A DNA stretch of 63,365 nucleotides, counting the filler, from Basidiobolus ranarum (Eukaryota): NCBI GenBank assembly GCA_040143965.1. It is 53 parts of 53 records of this genome, joined end to end, with 100 filler letters (N's around TTAATTAATTAA, not from the genome) between each part and the next. Parts side by side here need not be neighbours in the genome. Positions count along the whole stretch, not along the records: positions 1 to 1,102 come from JASJQH010006421.1; positions 1,203 to 2,304 come from JASJQH010006422.1; positions 2,405 to 3,506 come from JASJQH010006423.1; positions 3,607 to 4,707 come from JASJQH010006424.1; positions 4,808 to 5,908 come from JASJQH010006425.1; positions 6,009 to 7,109 come from JASJQH010006426.1; positions 7,210 to 8,310 come from JASJQH010006427.1; positions 8,411 to 9,511 come from JASJQH010006428.1; 45 more parts are not named here. One strand, given 5' to 3'. Under the pieces are notes generated by a model. It made no database searches. It was not told the DNA's origin and worked only from the letters and a program-made list of their open reading frames with translations. Positions 1 to 9,611 of the stretch are shown one piece after another (positions within the stretch are counted from its first letter, which is position 1; every line of letters begins with the position of its first letter). Made by a program: the position numbers and the translations under genes.

Positions 1-147
1 CTTGCATTTTCAGTCCTGAAACTGAAAAAATTGATTAAAATCAAATCTCACTTGACAATTTTATGATGGTAAGTAAATGGTCAAACCCAAATGGATTAAA
101 ATTGTAATGGTTTTCCTACAAAAACAATCCTCAAATTTCTGTTAGGG
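1..147 (-). mobile_element. CMC/EnSpm element left end (TIR CCCTAACAGAAAT)
   Basis: Reverse complement starts CCCTAACAGAAATTTGAGGATTG, matching copies at 3390, 9248, 11383 and 33318. Confidence 0.8.
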
Positions 148-371
148 CACAGACCTGGTACAAGTGAAAAATACTTGTCAATTGTATGACTTGTAATGCC
201 TTAGTAATTAAACTATCTTCATGTTCAAATGGTTGCTTGGCTTTCACCGCTGATCTGAACACCTGAAGTCATAAACTGTTTGCACACAATTGGCAATCAC
301 TGAATCAGGTATATATTGTTTATATTTGGCTTACATACCATTGATTCCCAATCTTATAGTTTTGATGAAAT

Positions 372-428
372 TGTTGGAATTAGCATTGCCTAAACACCTA
401 TATATATTTATATATAGCTTAGTGCTTA
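372..428 (+). repeat. Copia LTR family 1, 5' fragment, interrupted by LTR family 3
   Basis: TGTTGGAATTAGCATTGCCTAAACACCTATA matches the LTR1 start at 61851. Confidence 0.75.
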
Positions 429-897
429 TGTTGAAGGATTTTGATATAATTGAGTAGACTTTGGTTATTAGAAGCAACTTATGATAGTGTCTTTTAGTTA
501 CTTTATTCTTAAGAGTATATGGATACCAATATAGTAGAAAAGTAAATCAATTGTCTGAGATATTCAGGAGTTTGTGTAATAAGTTATAATAGATAAGTGG
601 GGGTCATAAGACATAATTGTTACATTGATATAGATATATTCCTATTTAGAACATAGGGGCTATAGATATGATGATTTTTGTTTCTGATATATGTATGATA
701 AAAATCAATTGTTTGAGATATTCAGGAGTTTGTGCAATAAGATATAATAGATAAGTGGGGATAATAAGATATACTTGTTAGATATAGGGATATTCCTATT
801 TAGAATATAGGGGCTATAGATATGTTGCTTTCTGTTTCTGATATATGTATCATTACTAAAGTTAACTATGATGTTGAATAAAGATTATTTTCCAACA
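429..897 (-). repeat. Copia LTR family 3 (3' LTR) with ~150-bp internal tandem duplication
   Basis: TG...CA ends, polypurine tract TTAAGGGAAGG (898-908, minus strand), homologous to the solo LTR at 23300-23616. Confidence 0.8.
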
Positions 898-1102
898 CCT
901 TCCCTTAATTCTTGTTCAGCATTGTGCTTATATTCACTAATGCCTATTCCTGCTCTTAACTTCTCAAAGCTTGAAGTTTTGAGTTGTTTTATTAGTATAT
1001 CTGTAAGCATGTTTTCAGTAGTACAATAAATAAAGTTCACTTTTTTGTCTTGAACTTTCTCTTGTATAAAATGATGTCTTATGTCAATATATTTCATCCT
1101 TG
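885..1102 (-). mobile_element. Ty1/copia RNase H C-terminus
   Basis: KYIDIRHHFIQEKV...YCTTENMLTDILIK matches copia KHIDIRYHF...ADILTK and runs into the PPT and LTR. Confidence 0.9.
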
Positions 1103-1202
1103 NNNNNNNNNNNNNNNNNNNNNNNNNNNNNNNNNNNNNNNNNNNNTTAATTAATTAANNNNNNNNNNNNNNNNNNNNNNNNNNNNNNNNNNNNNNNNNN
1201 NN

Positions 1203-1815
1203 GTAGTGTCCAGCATGTTAATGCCTTCCAAAGTGGATAGTGGATTGCTGGACTGCTCATCAATTAAGTCCTCGGTTATTGCTGGATTTGTTACTGTTCT
1301 GATAGCAGGATTTGGTTTGGAAGCCAGTTTTGACTTAGATTTAGAATGCTTTTTAAATGGCATTGAAATTTTAGATGGTAAACTTAGTGAAAGGAAATTG
1401 CTTAGAAACAGCTTATAATAAACCAAAATTGCCATCTATTACCAGAAATATCTTCTAAATCCCCTGATGACTCATCTGTAACACCATCTCAGAATCAGCT
1501 GATGATATTGATGGGCTGTATCTAAAATACCACCCTTATGTGGGAGGTATTCTTTTTCTACATTATCCTTCTGATGCCACAGCACAAATGTTTAAACAAG
1601 CCCTGCTATTATTGTCACAAATTCTTATGCTATGAAAGCCGGAGGCTGCATAGAAAAAATTATCACAAGCACGGTCATTGTACAAAGCCACCAGCTGCAA
1701 AAAGCCTGGTTTATAACAAAAGTAATAAGTGTACTAAATTGACTCTAGTTTTGCCTATTATGTCCATTGACTGTATTTTGGCTCAAAGTTTTGGTAACAC
1801 TGCCAAAAGTCAAGA
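1203..1815. mobile_element. CMC element centre: ORF2 start (minus, ATG 1363), bidirectional promoter, transposase start (plus, ATG 1574)
   Basis: MPFKKHSKSK on minus and MPQHKCLNKPCYYC on plus. Same layout at 16032-16712, 17017-17912 and 40774-41869. Confidence 0.75.
1466..1503. promoter_or_regulatory. AP-1/Gcn4-type site GATGACTCATC and E-box palindrome ATCAGCTGAT in the CMC divergent promoter
   Basis: The ATGA(C/G)TCAT core is kept in copies near 12323, 16545, 17458, 30918 and 41618. The E-box palindrome is kept at 17431, 30891 and 41591. Confidence 0.55.
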
Positions 1816-2304
1816 CCTTAACAAAAATAAAATTGATTTGATCTGGATCGGATCCACCCTCTGAAAGAGGAAAACTGGCAGAGAACCATCACAATATTTG
1901 TAGCTTGCATTCTGCCAGGGATTATGATGGTGTGATGGCAGTTTCTTGACTGTATTTTTACAGTATTCATACATGTTAAAATATTGATCCTCAAATTGGC
2001 ATGTGTTATTCACTATCCAGCAATTTTTGCAAAAATAAAATTTTCAAATGGCAAATTACTGGGTTTACTGCTGTAGGAATTTGAATTAATATACATGCTT
2101 TTATTTAGATATTTTAGGCCTTGTATTCTAGCCATAATGAGAATCAAAAAATAAAAGAATCTTGTTGTGTTTAGTCTCTACATATGCACATACTTGACTG
2201 ATTAGACATAACTCAACAACATCAATATGCTTTACCAGCAAACTAATGGTGGAAATATTGCTAAACATCTGAAATTTTGAATAGCACTGACACTTGGCAA
2301 ATAG
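1816..2304 (-). mobile_element. CMC element right end and transposase 3' end
   Basis: CCTTAACAAAAATAAAATTGATTTGATC terminus, homologous to 5714, 12609, 15120 and 21299. Confidence 0.8.
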
Positions 2305-2430
2305 NNNNNNNNNNNNNNNNNNNNNNNNNNNNNNNNNNNNNNNNNNNNTTAATTAATTAANNNNNNNNNNNNNNNNNNNNNNNNNNNNNNNNNNNNNNNN
2401 NNNNAGTAGACTTTACAGAGAGTACAAGCT

Positions 2431-2791
2431 TGGGGCTCATAACCTGTTAAAGTATTTGGGAGCCTGTTGGAAGTGGTTTGGAGAATTAGAGGAATTGGTG
2501 GTCTTTTCTTATTGATTTAATGAGTAGAAAGTTGACATTTATAGTTTTGTCACGATGTAAACAAACTTACACGTAGAATATGTTAGGGAAGGTCCCAGGA
2601 ACATGTGTGCAAATTTGGGGCTTCTAGCACAAGTTTGAAAAATCTATCTATCTGAGAACTTCTAAGTTGGTAAAAATATTCTAAGTAAATTCCAATTGTG
2701 AATAATTGATAATATCTTAGTGAGTTATAAGAAAACTAATTACTAAGTTATATATGACTATATAGGTGTTTAGGCAATGCTAATTTCAACA
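2431..2791 (-). repeat. Copia LTR family 1 complete 5' LTR (2445-2791, 347 bp) plus PBS GGTTATGAGCCCCA (2431-2444)
   Basis: TGTTGAAATTAGC...TTTAACA ends, followed directly by a PBS complementary to the anticodon arm of initiator tRNA-Met. Confidence 0.88.
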
Positions 2792-3389
2792 CTAATTAGC
2801 ATAGTGAAGGACTTGGAAGTTAAAGACTGAACCTTTCCCCACAGCAGATCTCTGTCTACCAAGTAAAAGCCTTTAGTGATATCAAAAAGAATGGCAGCTT
2901 GTGGATATTGCAAAGCATTATCATGACTGAGTACCACAGCCATATCCAAGGAGAGCTTAGGAAGGAAGCCAAATTGACTAGTGTGAAAGCATGGAAGCCT
3001 CTCATGAATGGATTTCACTAAGAGGAGCTCAAACACCTTCCTGCAAGTAGGTAGCAAAGAAATAGGCCTGTAGGACTTGGGATCACTATGTTTGCCTTTG
3101 CCTTTGTAAAGAGGCAGAACATTTGCTATTGACCACTCCTCAGGAGTATTAAGCTGCAAGCAACACTGCTCAAACAAAGGTGACAAGAAGGAAGCCATGG
3201 GAACAGGAGCAAGTTTCAGCAGCTCATAGCTGATCTGATCATTGCCTGGTGCAGTATTTTGAGGCAGCTTTTTAAGCACTTTGGCAATATCAGCTATGGT
3301 GACTGAGAGAGGAGAGCTGTGCAGACATTGGCTTGAATCATAGGCTGGAGTATTATAAGAGTGTGACTTGAAGAAGACAGGAGCCAATA
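2792..3389 (-). mobile_element. Non-LTR (LINE) reverse transcriptase fragment
   Basis: APGNDQISYELLK, PEEWSIANVLPLYKGKG, SYRPISLL, QFGF and DITKGFY match LINE RT motifs. Cut by an LTR on one side and a CMC end on the other. Confidence 0.9.
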
Positions 3390-3506
3390 CCCTAACAGAA
3401 ATCAGAGGATTGTTATTGTAGAAAAACCATCACAATTTTAATCCATTTGGGATTGACCATTTACTTACAATCATAAAATTATCAACTTAGATTTGATTTT
3501 AATCAA
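3390..3506 (+). mobile_element. CMC element left end
   Basis: CCCTAACAGAAATCAGAGGATTGTTATTGTAG. Confidence 0.8.
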
Positions 3507-3606
3507 NNNNNNNNNNNNNNNNNNNNNNNNNNNNNNNNNNNNNNNNNNNNTTAATTAATTAANNNNNNNNNNNNNNNNNNNNNNNNNNNNNNNNNNNNNN
3601 NNNNNN

Positions 3607-4641
3607 AATATCCCAAAAAAAGACATTTCTGGCTTTTTCTGTCTAATTTTGATCTCTTCTGGTCTAATATCATTGCATATGTGGTACTTCAAAAAACTCT
3701 GAGATTAGCCACATTGGATCTACTTCCAGACCAAACTTGATAAGGTGCATAGCCAATTGAGACCTAGAAGGACACTGATTTCCAATATATACTGCAGTTG
3801 CAACAGATTCAGACCAGAATTGTTATGGTAAATCTTGATCATGAAGCATTAATCTTGCCTTTTCCATTATTGCTCTGTTTGCACATTCTGCTACTCCATT
3901 GTACTGTGCAAAATATGGCACTATAGTCTGCTGCCTTATCTCATGTGTTGAGTAGAAGTTAGAGAAGAGCTTTGAGGTAAATTTCCCTCTAATATTAGTG
4001 TGTATAATCTTAATCTTTAGACCTGTTTCAGTCTCCACCATTGCTTTGAATTTCTTGAAGGCATCAAAGTGTTCATTCTTACTGGCCAGAAAGTACACCC
4101 AAGTATACTTTGTCTTGTCATCCTTAAAGGTCACAAAATACCTTTTTCCACCTAAGGATATAGCCTGCATTGGGCCACATAAATTGGAGTGTATCAGGCC
4201 CAAGTTTTGATCAGTTTTGATCATTCAACAGCCAAAAACAGCTGTCTGTGTTGCCTACCATATAGGCATCCTTCACATTGCTCCAGATCAGGTGGAAATA
4301 CCAAATTTAGTCCCAAGACCATCTTGTTTTGATTAAATTTCTCATATTTTCAGCTTCTAGATATACTAATCTGCTATGACAGATTTTCCAGTATATCTCT
4401 TCAGCTGTGGCCATATTAACTTGTTACCATTTTGGCCTAATATAATGAAACTTTACAAGTTATTGTACTTAGCTCCAGAAGCAATGTAATTCCCTTCTTG
4501 ATCCCTGATTGTACAGCAATTTGGATGGTAATAAAAGCTATACCCCTCAGATGTAGCTTTACTCACTGATAACATATTTTTTGTTATTCCAGGCACATCT
4601 AGTACATTTTTCAGTGTCAAATACATGTCCCCAGAGATGCC
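3607..4641 (-). mobile_element. Degenerate Ty1/copia GAG-pre-integrase and integrase
   Basis: LIHSNLCGPM...GGKRYFVTFKDD...QYNGVAECANR, with frameshifts and stops. Confidence 0.9.
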
Positions 4642-4807
4642 GCCGAGCGCCGCGGCTGGTCGCGCGGCGCGGCGGGGTGGGGGGGCTTGGTGGGGTCCGG
4701 TATGGGGNNNNNNNNNNNNNNNNNNNNNNNNNNNNNNNNNNNNNNNNNNNNTTAATTAATTAANNNNNNNNNNNNNNNNNNNNNNNNNNNNNNNNNNNNN
4801 NNNNNNN

Positions 4808-5600
4808 CAATCATCTCCCTCCATCAAGTGGTCATATATTTTGAATTACAAGATATATCTGCAATATGTAAGGATATAAGTATTCTGTTGTAGATTTCAT
4901 GTCTTCAATATCTCTACCCACTTTGCATCCGAATATCTCATTCAATCAAAGTTTGCTCCACAATATGTGTGTTTTAAGCACATATTCACAGTGTCTTTCA
5001 AGTAATTCCAAATCCACTTTACTGCTTTGCTTTAATCAGCTCCATAACTTTTAAGAGATTAGCATGAGACTGCAACAGATTATGCAATATCTAGCCATAC
5101 TCTACCCATAATATATTGGACCAGCAATAACATATTGATAAGGAAACTTCTGGATCTGATTTAAATCGGCAAACATCTGATTTGGGCCATTCTTGGTCAA
5201 TTTTAGTTTTGTATCCACTGCAGTAGATGCTGGATTACATTCTTCCAATCTAAACTTCTTTATTAGATCTAGAATATGTTTGCATTAGTTCATAGTTACT
5301 GTTTAGATAGCTCTGATTCTTGTTATTCATGTTGCAAGATTATACCTCAGTTCACTAGGTTAAATCATATTAAATTTGGCAGGTAAGCAGGATTTGTTTC
5401 TCTGTAAAGTCACCAAGTCATTAATTGCTATAGTACCAGCATATGCATCAATAGCTACTAAAGCTTGGTTTGTCTTTTCTAGCATGATATAAATGCAATA
5501 GTCAACATTGCTCTATTGAAAATGGAATCTTTCCAAAGAGTCTGTATCTTGCTACTTTTGCATTATTCACTATATAGAGCCACTAAAGTATCAGTTAAGT
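4808..5600 (-). mobile_element. Degenerate Ty1/copia reverse transcriptase
   Basis: Homologous to the RT/RNase H region at 45558-46000 and 61082-61800 (YSDA.WG.D...STT), with many stops. Confidence 0.75.
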
Positions 5601-5713
5601 TTGGCAATAGTCAGTATTAATCTAATATCAGTACTGTCAGTAGGTCAGTATTGTTCCCAGTTCAGTACTATCAATACCATCAGTTATGATTTATGTAAAT
5701 ATTATACAGTATT

Positions 5714-5908
5714 CCCTAACAAAAATAAAATCAATTTGATCCAGATTGGATCCACCCTCCGAAATAGCAAAACCGTCAGAGAACCGTCACAATATCATTG
5801 GCTTGCATTCTGCCAGGGATTTTGATGGTGTGATGGCGGTTTCTTGACGGTATCTTGGCGGTATTCATACATGTTAAAATATTGATCCTCAAATTTGGCA
5901 TGCGTTAT
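5714..5908 (-). mobile_element. CMC element right end, CpG-rich (young) copy
   Basis: CCCTAACAAAAATAAAATC with ACCGTCA/TGACGGT subterminal motifs intact. Confidence 0.85.
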
Positions 5909-6008
5909 NNNNNNNNNNNNNNNNNNNNNNNNNNNNNNNNNNNNNNNNNNNNTTAATTAATTAANNNNNNNNNNNNNNNNNNNNNNNNNNNNNNNNNNNN
6001 NNNNNNNN

Positions 6009-7109
6009 CAGTTGAGGTTGGAGAGCCATGAGTTATATTTGCTGGTGTTTTGGCTTGTTGAGTGGTGCCAGGCGTTAGATAAACTTACAAATTTACCACT
6101 CTTCCAACTGGTGTACCTGGTTCCACGGTGAAATTAAGCTTTTTTGTAAGTATATCTTACTCTGGAAATGCAGGTCTTTGTAATGGTGTGAAGAATTTGG
6201 CAAGTGGGACAGTAGAGCCTAAACTCACTGGCTTCTTTGCTTTTCCCTTGGGTTTATTAACTTCCTGCTCCTTGAGTACTTCTTTAACTGCTTTTCTTTC
6301 TTTTCCAACTCAAAAATTGTGTATATTTTTGAGATGTTTCATGATTAGGCCTATACCAGCCCAATTGCCATTTGCTTGTAAAAGCCCATGATAAGCCAAA
6401 TGAAATAAGTCAAGAACCTTCAGAGTAATGCCTGGTTTTGGTTTTCTATGATTGGCTCAAATCCAGGTGATTTTGGGCAAGATTCTGCATAGTTTCCAAA
6501 TGTTAAACCACTCATCATCACAGCAAGTGATTGCAGCTCTGACATTCAAAGTCTTTTGGTTTGCTGGTTTTGCTATGAGATTTATACTTTCATGTGCCCA
6601 AGTTATTTGGGGTTGTTGTGTAGGCTTAATGGTCCAACCCATATTCTGCTCTGCTAGATTGTCACTGTGTTGTTGATATGTAATGTGTGGGATTGATTGC
6701 AATCCCATAGGAGAATGGACAAAGGGAGCAGCATGTTGCTGTAGCTCAAGTACAGCATTCTGAAGGTCTTGTATCATAGTTGAGTGACTCTGTAACTATG
6801 GACTAGTTCATTCCAAACGCTGCATTAATTGCAATGTTTCAATGTTTTTGCTTGTCATGGCCTGTATAGCAACTTTGTAATTTTTACTTATCAATGCATT
6901 CAAATTATTAGGGTGTTCTGCCTGCAATTCCCTTGTAAAAAAATTCTATCCAAATTTTCTATAGAGGGTTGATCAATAGTGGGCAAAGTAGCCATTTGGA
7001 TGTTGATGGTCTTGACAGTGTTTTGGTTGAACTTTGCTCAACTATTGATTTACTATGCAATTAGGGGTTCACAGTCTCTTCACTTGCACTATCTCTGGAA
7101 AGGAACCCA
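6009..7109 (-). mobile_element. CMC element ORF2, degenerate
   Basis: Continues the MPFKK ORF (MATLPTI...QDLQNAVLELQQ...KLCRILPKI). Paralogous to 13213-13828 and 49144-50238. Confidence 0.7.
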
Positions 7110-7210
7110 NNNNNNNNNNNNNNNNNNNNNNNNNNNNNNNNNNNNNNNNNNNNTTAATTAATTAANNNNNNNNNNNNNNNNNNNNNNNNNNNNNNNNNNN
7201 NNNNNNNNNC

Positions 7211-7684
7211 GCCAACAGCGTCAGCATCAAGTCTGGCTTGGAGGGTCTTCTTGTGTTGAAGACTACTGGATCATCCTTCACCAACTTCCATCATTGCGAG
7301 AACACTACTCTCCAAGATGCCGATGATCGTATATTCTCTACTACCGTCAAGGCCCACTACAACATCGATACTTCAATTGGTGTTGAGAACATTCCATTCG
7401 ATCGTATCTTTGATGGAGTTCGTAAGACTACCTTGGATGTATTTGCTCACGATGACTCTGCCTCCGTCCAAGCCACCATGTACCGTATGGCTGAGTTGAT
7501 CTTGAAGCGATTCCCTGAAGTCAAGGATGTCCATTACGCCCTTCCTAACAGCCATCACTTCACCACCAACCTTGCACCATTCAAGCTATCAAACTCTGGT
7601 CAAGAAATGACTATCTTCTCGCCTATCACTGATTTCTCTGGATATATTACTGCAACCATTGGTCGTTGTAAGAGTCAAATCTAA
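7211..7684 (+). CDS. uox: Urate oxidase (uricase), 3' part, paralog A
   Basis: VLKTTGSSF, TTL...DRIFST, SASVQATMY and YALPNSHHF uricase signatures. Ends -KSQI*. 5'-truncated by the contig edge. Confidence 0.95.
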   Translation, partial: ANSVSIKSGLEGLLVLKTTGSSFTNFHHCENTTLQDADDRIFSTTVKAHYNIDTSIGVENIPFDRIFDGVRKTTLDVFAHDDSASVQATMYRMAELILKRFPEVKDVHYALPNSHHFTTNLAPFKLSNSGQEMTIFSPITDFSGYITATIGRCKSQI

Positions 7685-8155
7685 TTTGTATTCAGCACTC
7701 AAAACAAAATTTCACCATTATAATAAACCATTAATATAAATTATATTTTGTTGGCCATTAACAAAGATAACTATATTGAAATTTCATCATATAAGACGAT
7801 TATTGAGGTTAGCAAAATAGAGTTGATTTCCGTTGGGTAATGGAAAGTAGTAAGCGCTAATTGAAAACAACACTTCAATACGATTCTAAACAGATGGAAA
7901 CTTTGCCTCGGCTTATTTCAGAGAGTTTTCATATGTCAGAGTTATGTATTAATGGATTCTTGTTTAAGTCAATGTCTGCTTCATTTTTCATTTTAGTAAG
8001 CGAAGTTGATCCTAATTAGTCACATTGATAGTATGATAATATAGAGAAATATTATTTTATACGAATGAATATTGTGTTTATTAATGCATTAGTGAAATAC
8101 TCGAGTCGAAAAGTAAGGTGCAAAATTCAAAGAATCATAGTATCAGAAACAGTAA

Positions 8156-8310
8156 TTAACGGCGAGCAATGGTTGCTGTGATGTAGCCAGATGGGTCATT
8201 GACAGGTTGGAAGATGTTCATATCTTTACCTTCATTGGAGAGGTTGAAGGGTTTGAGGTTGACACTGAAGTAGTGCTTGTTGGGGAGTGCATAGCTGATC
8301 TCACTGACAT
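8156..8310 (-). CDS. uox: Urate oxidase (uricase), 3' end, paralog B (not in ORF track)
   Basis: Manual translation VSEISYALPNKHYFSVNLKPFNLSNEGKDMNIFQPVNDPSGYITATIARR* with the canonical LPNKHYF motif. Confidence 0.92.
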
Positions 8311-8410
8311 NNNNNNNNNNNNNNNNNNNNNNNNNNNNNNNNNNNNNNNNNNNNTTAATTAATTAANNNNNNNNNNNNNNNNNNNNNNNNNNNNNNNNNN
8401 NNNNNNNNNN

Positions 8411-9247
8411 CGGGAACAGCTGGAGCCAGAGCCTCCCCTAAGCCACTACACACTTACGATTCCAGAACATTCCAATACTAGTTACCAAGCTCTACAGTGG
8501 AAGATTTAATATGAATGAGCCATTCAACATATGATCAAAGTTTTCATTGATTGGGAAAATGCTTGAAAACATTAAGATACCATCATATATTACTAGGACT
8601 GCCATGAATATCCACTCATCTAGGCATTGATTCAAATACAAAGACTGGAAGTATTGGATTTGTATATATATATGTGGAATCTTGAAAATATTTTTGCTTG
8701 TTAAGTATTAGCAATGTTGGGAGTTGTTTGTGGATATTGTTACTATATTTTTATAGCTTCAACTCACATTGGCAGATCTCAGGCAGATATAGTGACTGTG
8801 CAATGATTTGTAATTGGATATGAAAATCTGTATTACAGGTTGAAAAAAGATAGACTGAATCTATGCTAGTATTTAATACACTCCCTGCTGCATCTTTCAT
8901 AATGTTAAGATATTATAGGCCGTTGCTATACGTCCTGGGAGTTCCCAATGGAGTGCACCTGTGGTGAAAGGAAGCTGTGTGAGAAATTGCCAGTATTACT
9001 GTTTGCTAATCTGTTCAACAATGTATCAGCAAAAGCAGTGAGGTATTTGATGGAATAGGTTAAGGAGACTACAGAGTATATTAACCTTCCAAAAGGGGCT
9101 CTTTTCAATGTGCTCACAGGTTTTTGCACTGATTTTGCACAATAATTGCAACAAAGCCCAATCAATGGACACAGAGTAAGCATCTCCATAATTTGGACTA
9201 ATTTGTTTGTGTGATAATCAGATGGTATATCTAGGAAAGCAGCAAAA
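8411..9247 (+). mobile_element. CMC/EnSpm transposase, central and C-terminal part, degenerate
   Basis: Homologous to FKCKDWKYWI, YEKLYY, HSLLHL and WEFPME motifs of other copies. Confidence 0.8.
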
Positions 9248-9511
9248 CCCTAACAGAAATTTGAGGATTGTTATTGTAGGAAAACCGTCACAATTCTAAT
9301 CCATTTGGGGTTGACCATTTACTTACCATCATAAAATCCTCAAGTTAGATTTGATTTTAATCAATTTTTTCAATTTCAGGAGTGAAATTTCAAGATCTCG
9401 CAAAATAGTTGCAAATGATTGGCTAAAATCTCAGAGAACTATGGATCAACACATGTGCAAAAAACATAACTCAAATTTTACACAATTACCGCTTGAATGC
9501 TAATTTGTCAC
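9248..9511 (+). mobile_element. CMC element left end inserted in its own transposase
   Basis: CCCTAACAGAAATTTGAGG...AAAACCGTCACAAT. Confidence 0.85.
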
Positions 9512-9611
9512 NNNNNNNNNNNNNNNNNNNNNNNNNNNNNNNNNNNNNNNNNNNNTTAATTAATTAANNNNNNNNNNNNNNNNNNNNNNNNNNNNNNNNN
9601 NNNNNNNNNNN

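Noticed and set aside
141..147. CCCTAA/TTAGGG at many junctions, read as telomere seeds or chromosome-breakage sites
   Set aside because: Always a single hexamer and always the first bases of the CMC TIR. No tandem telomeric repeats are present.
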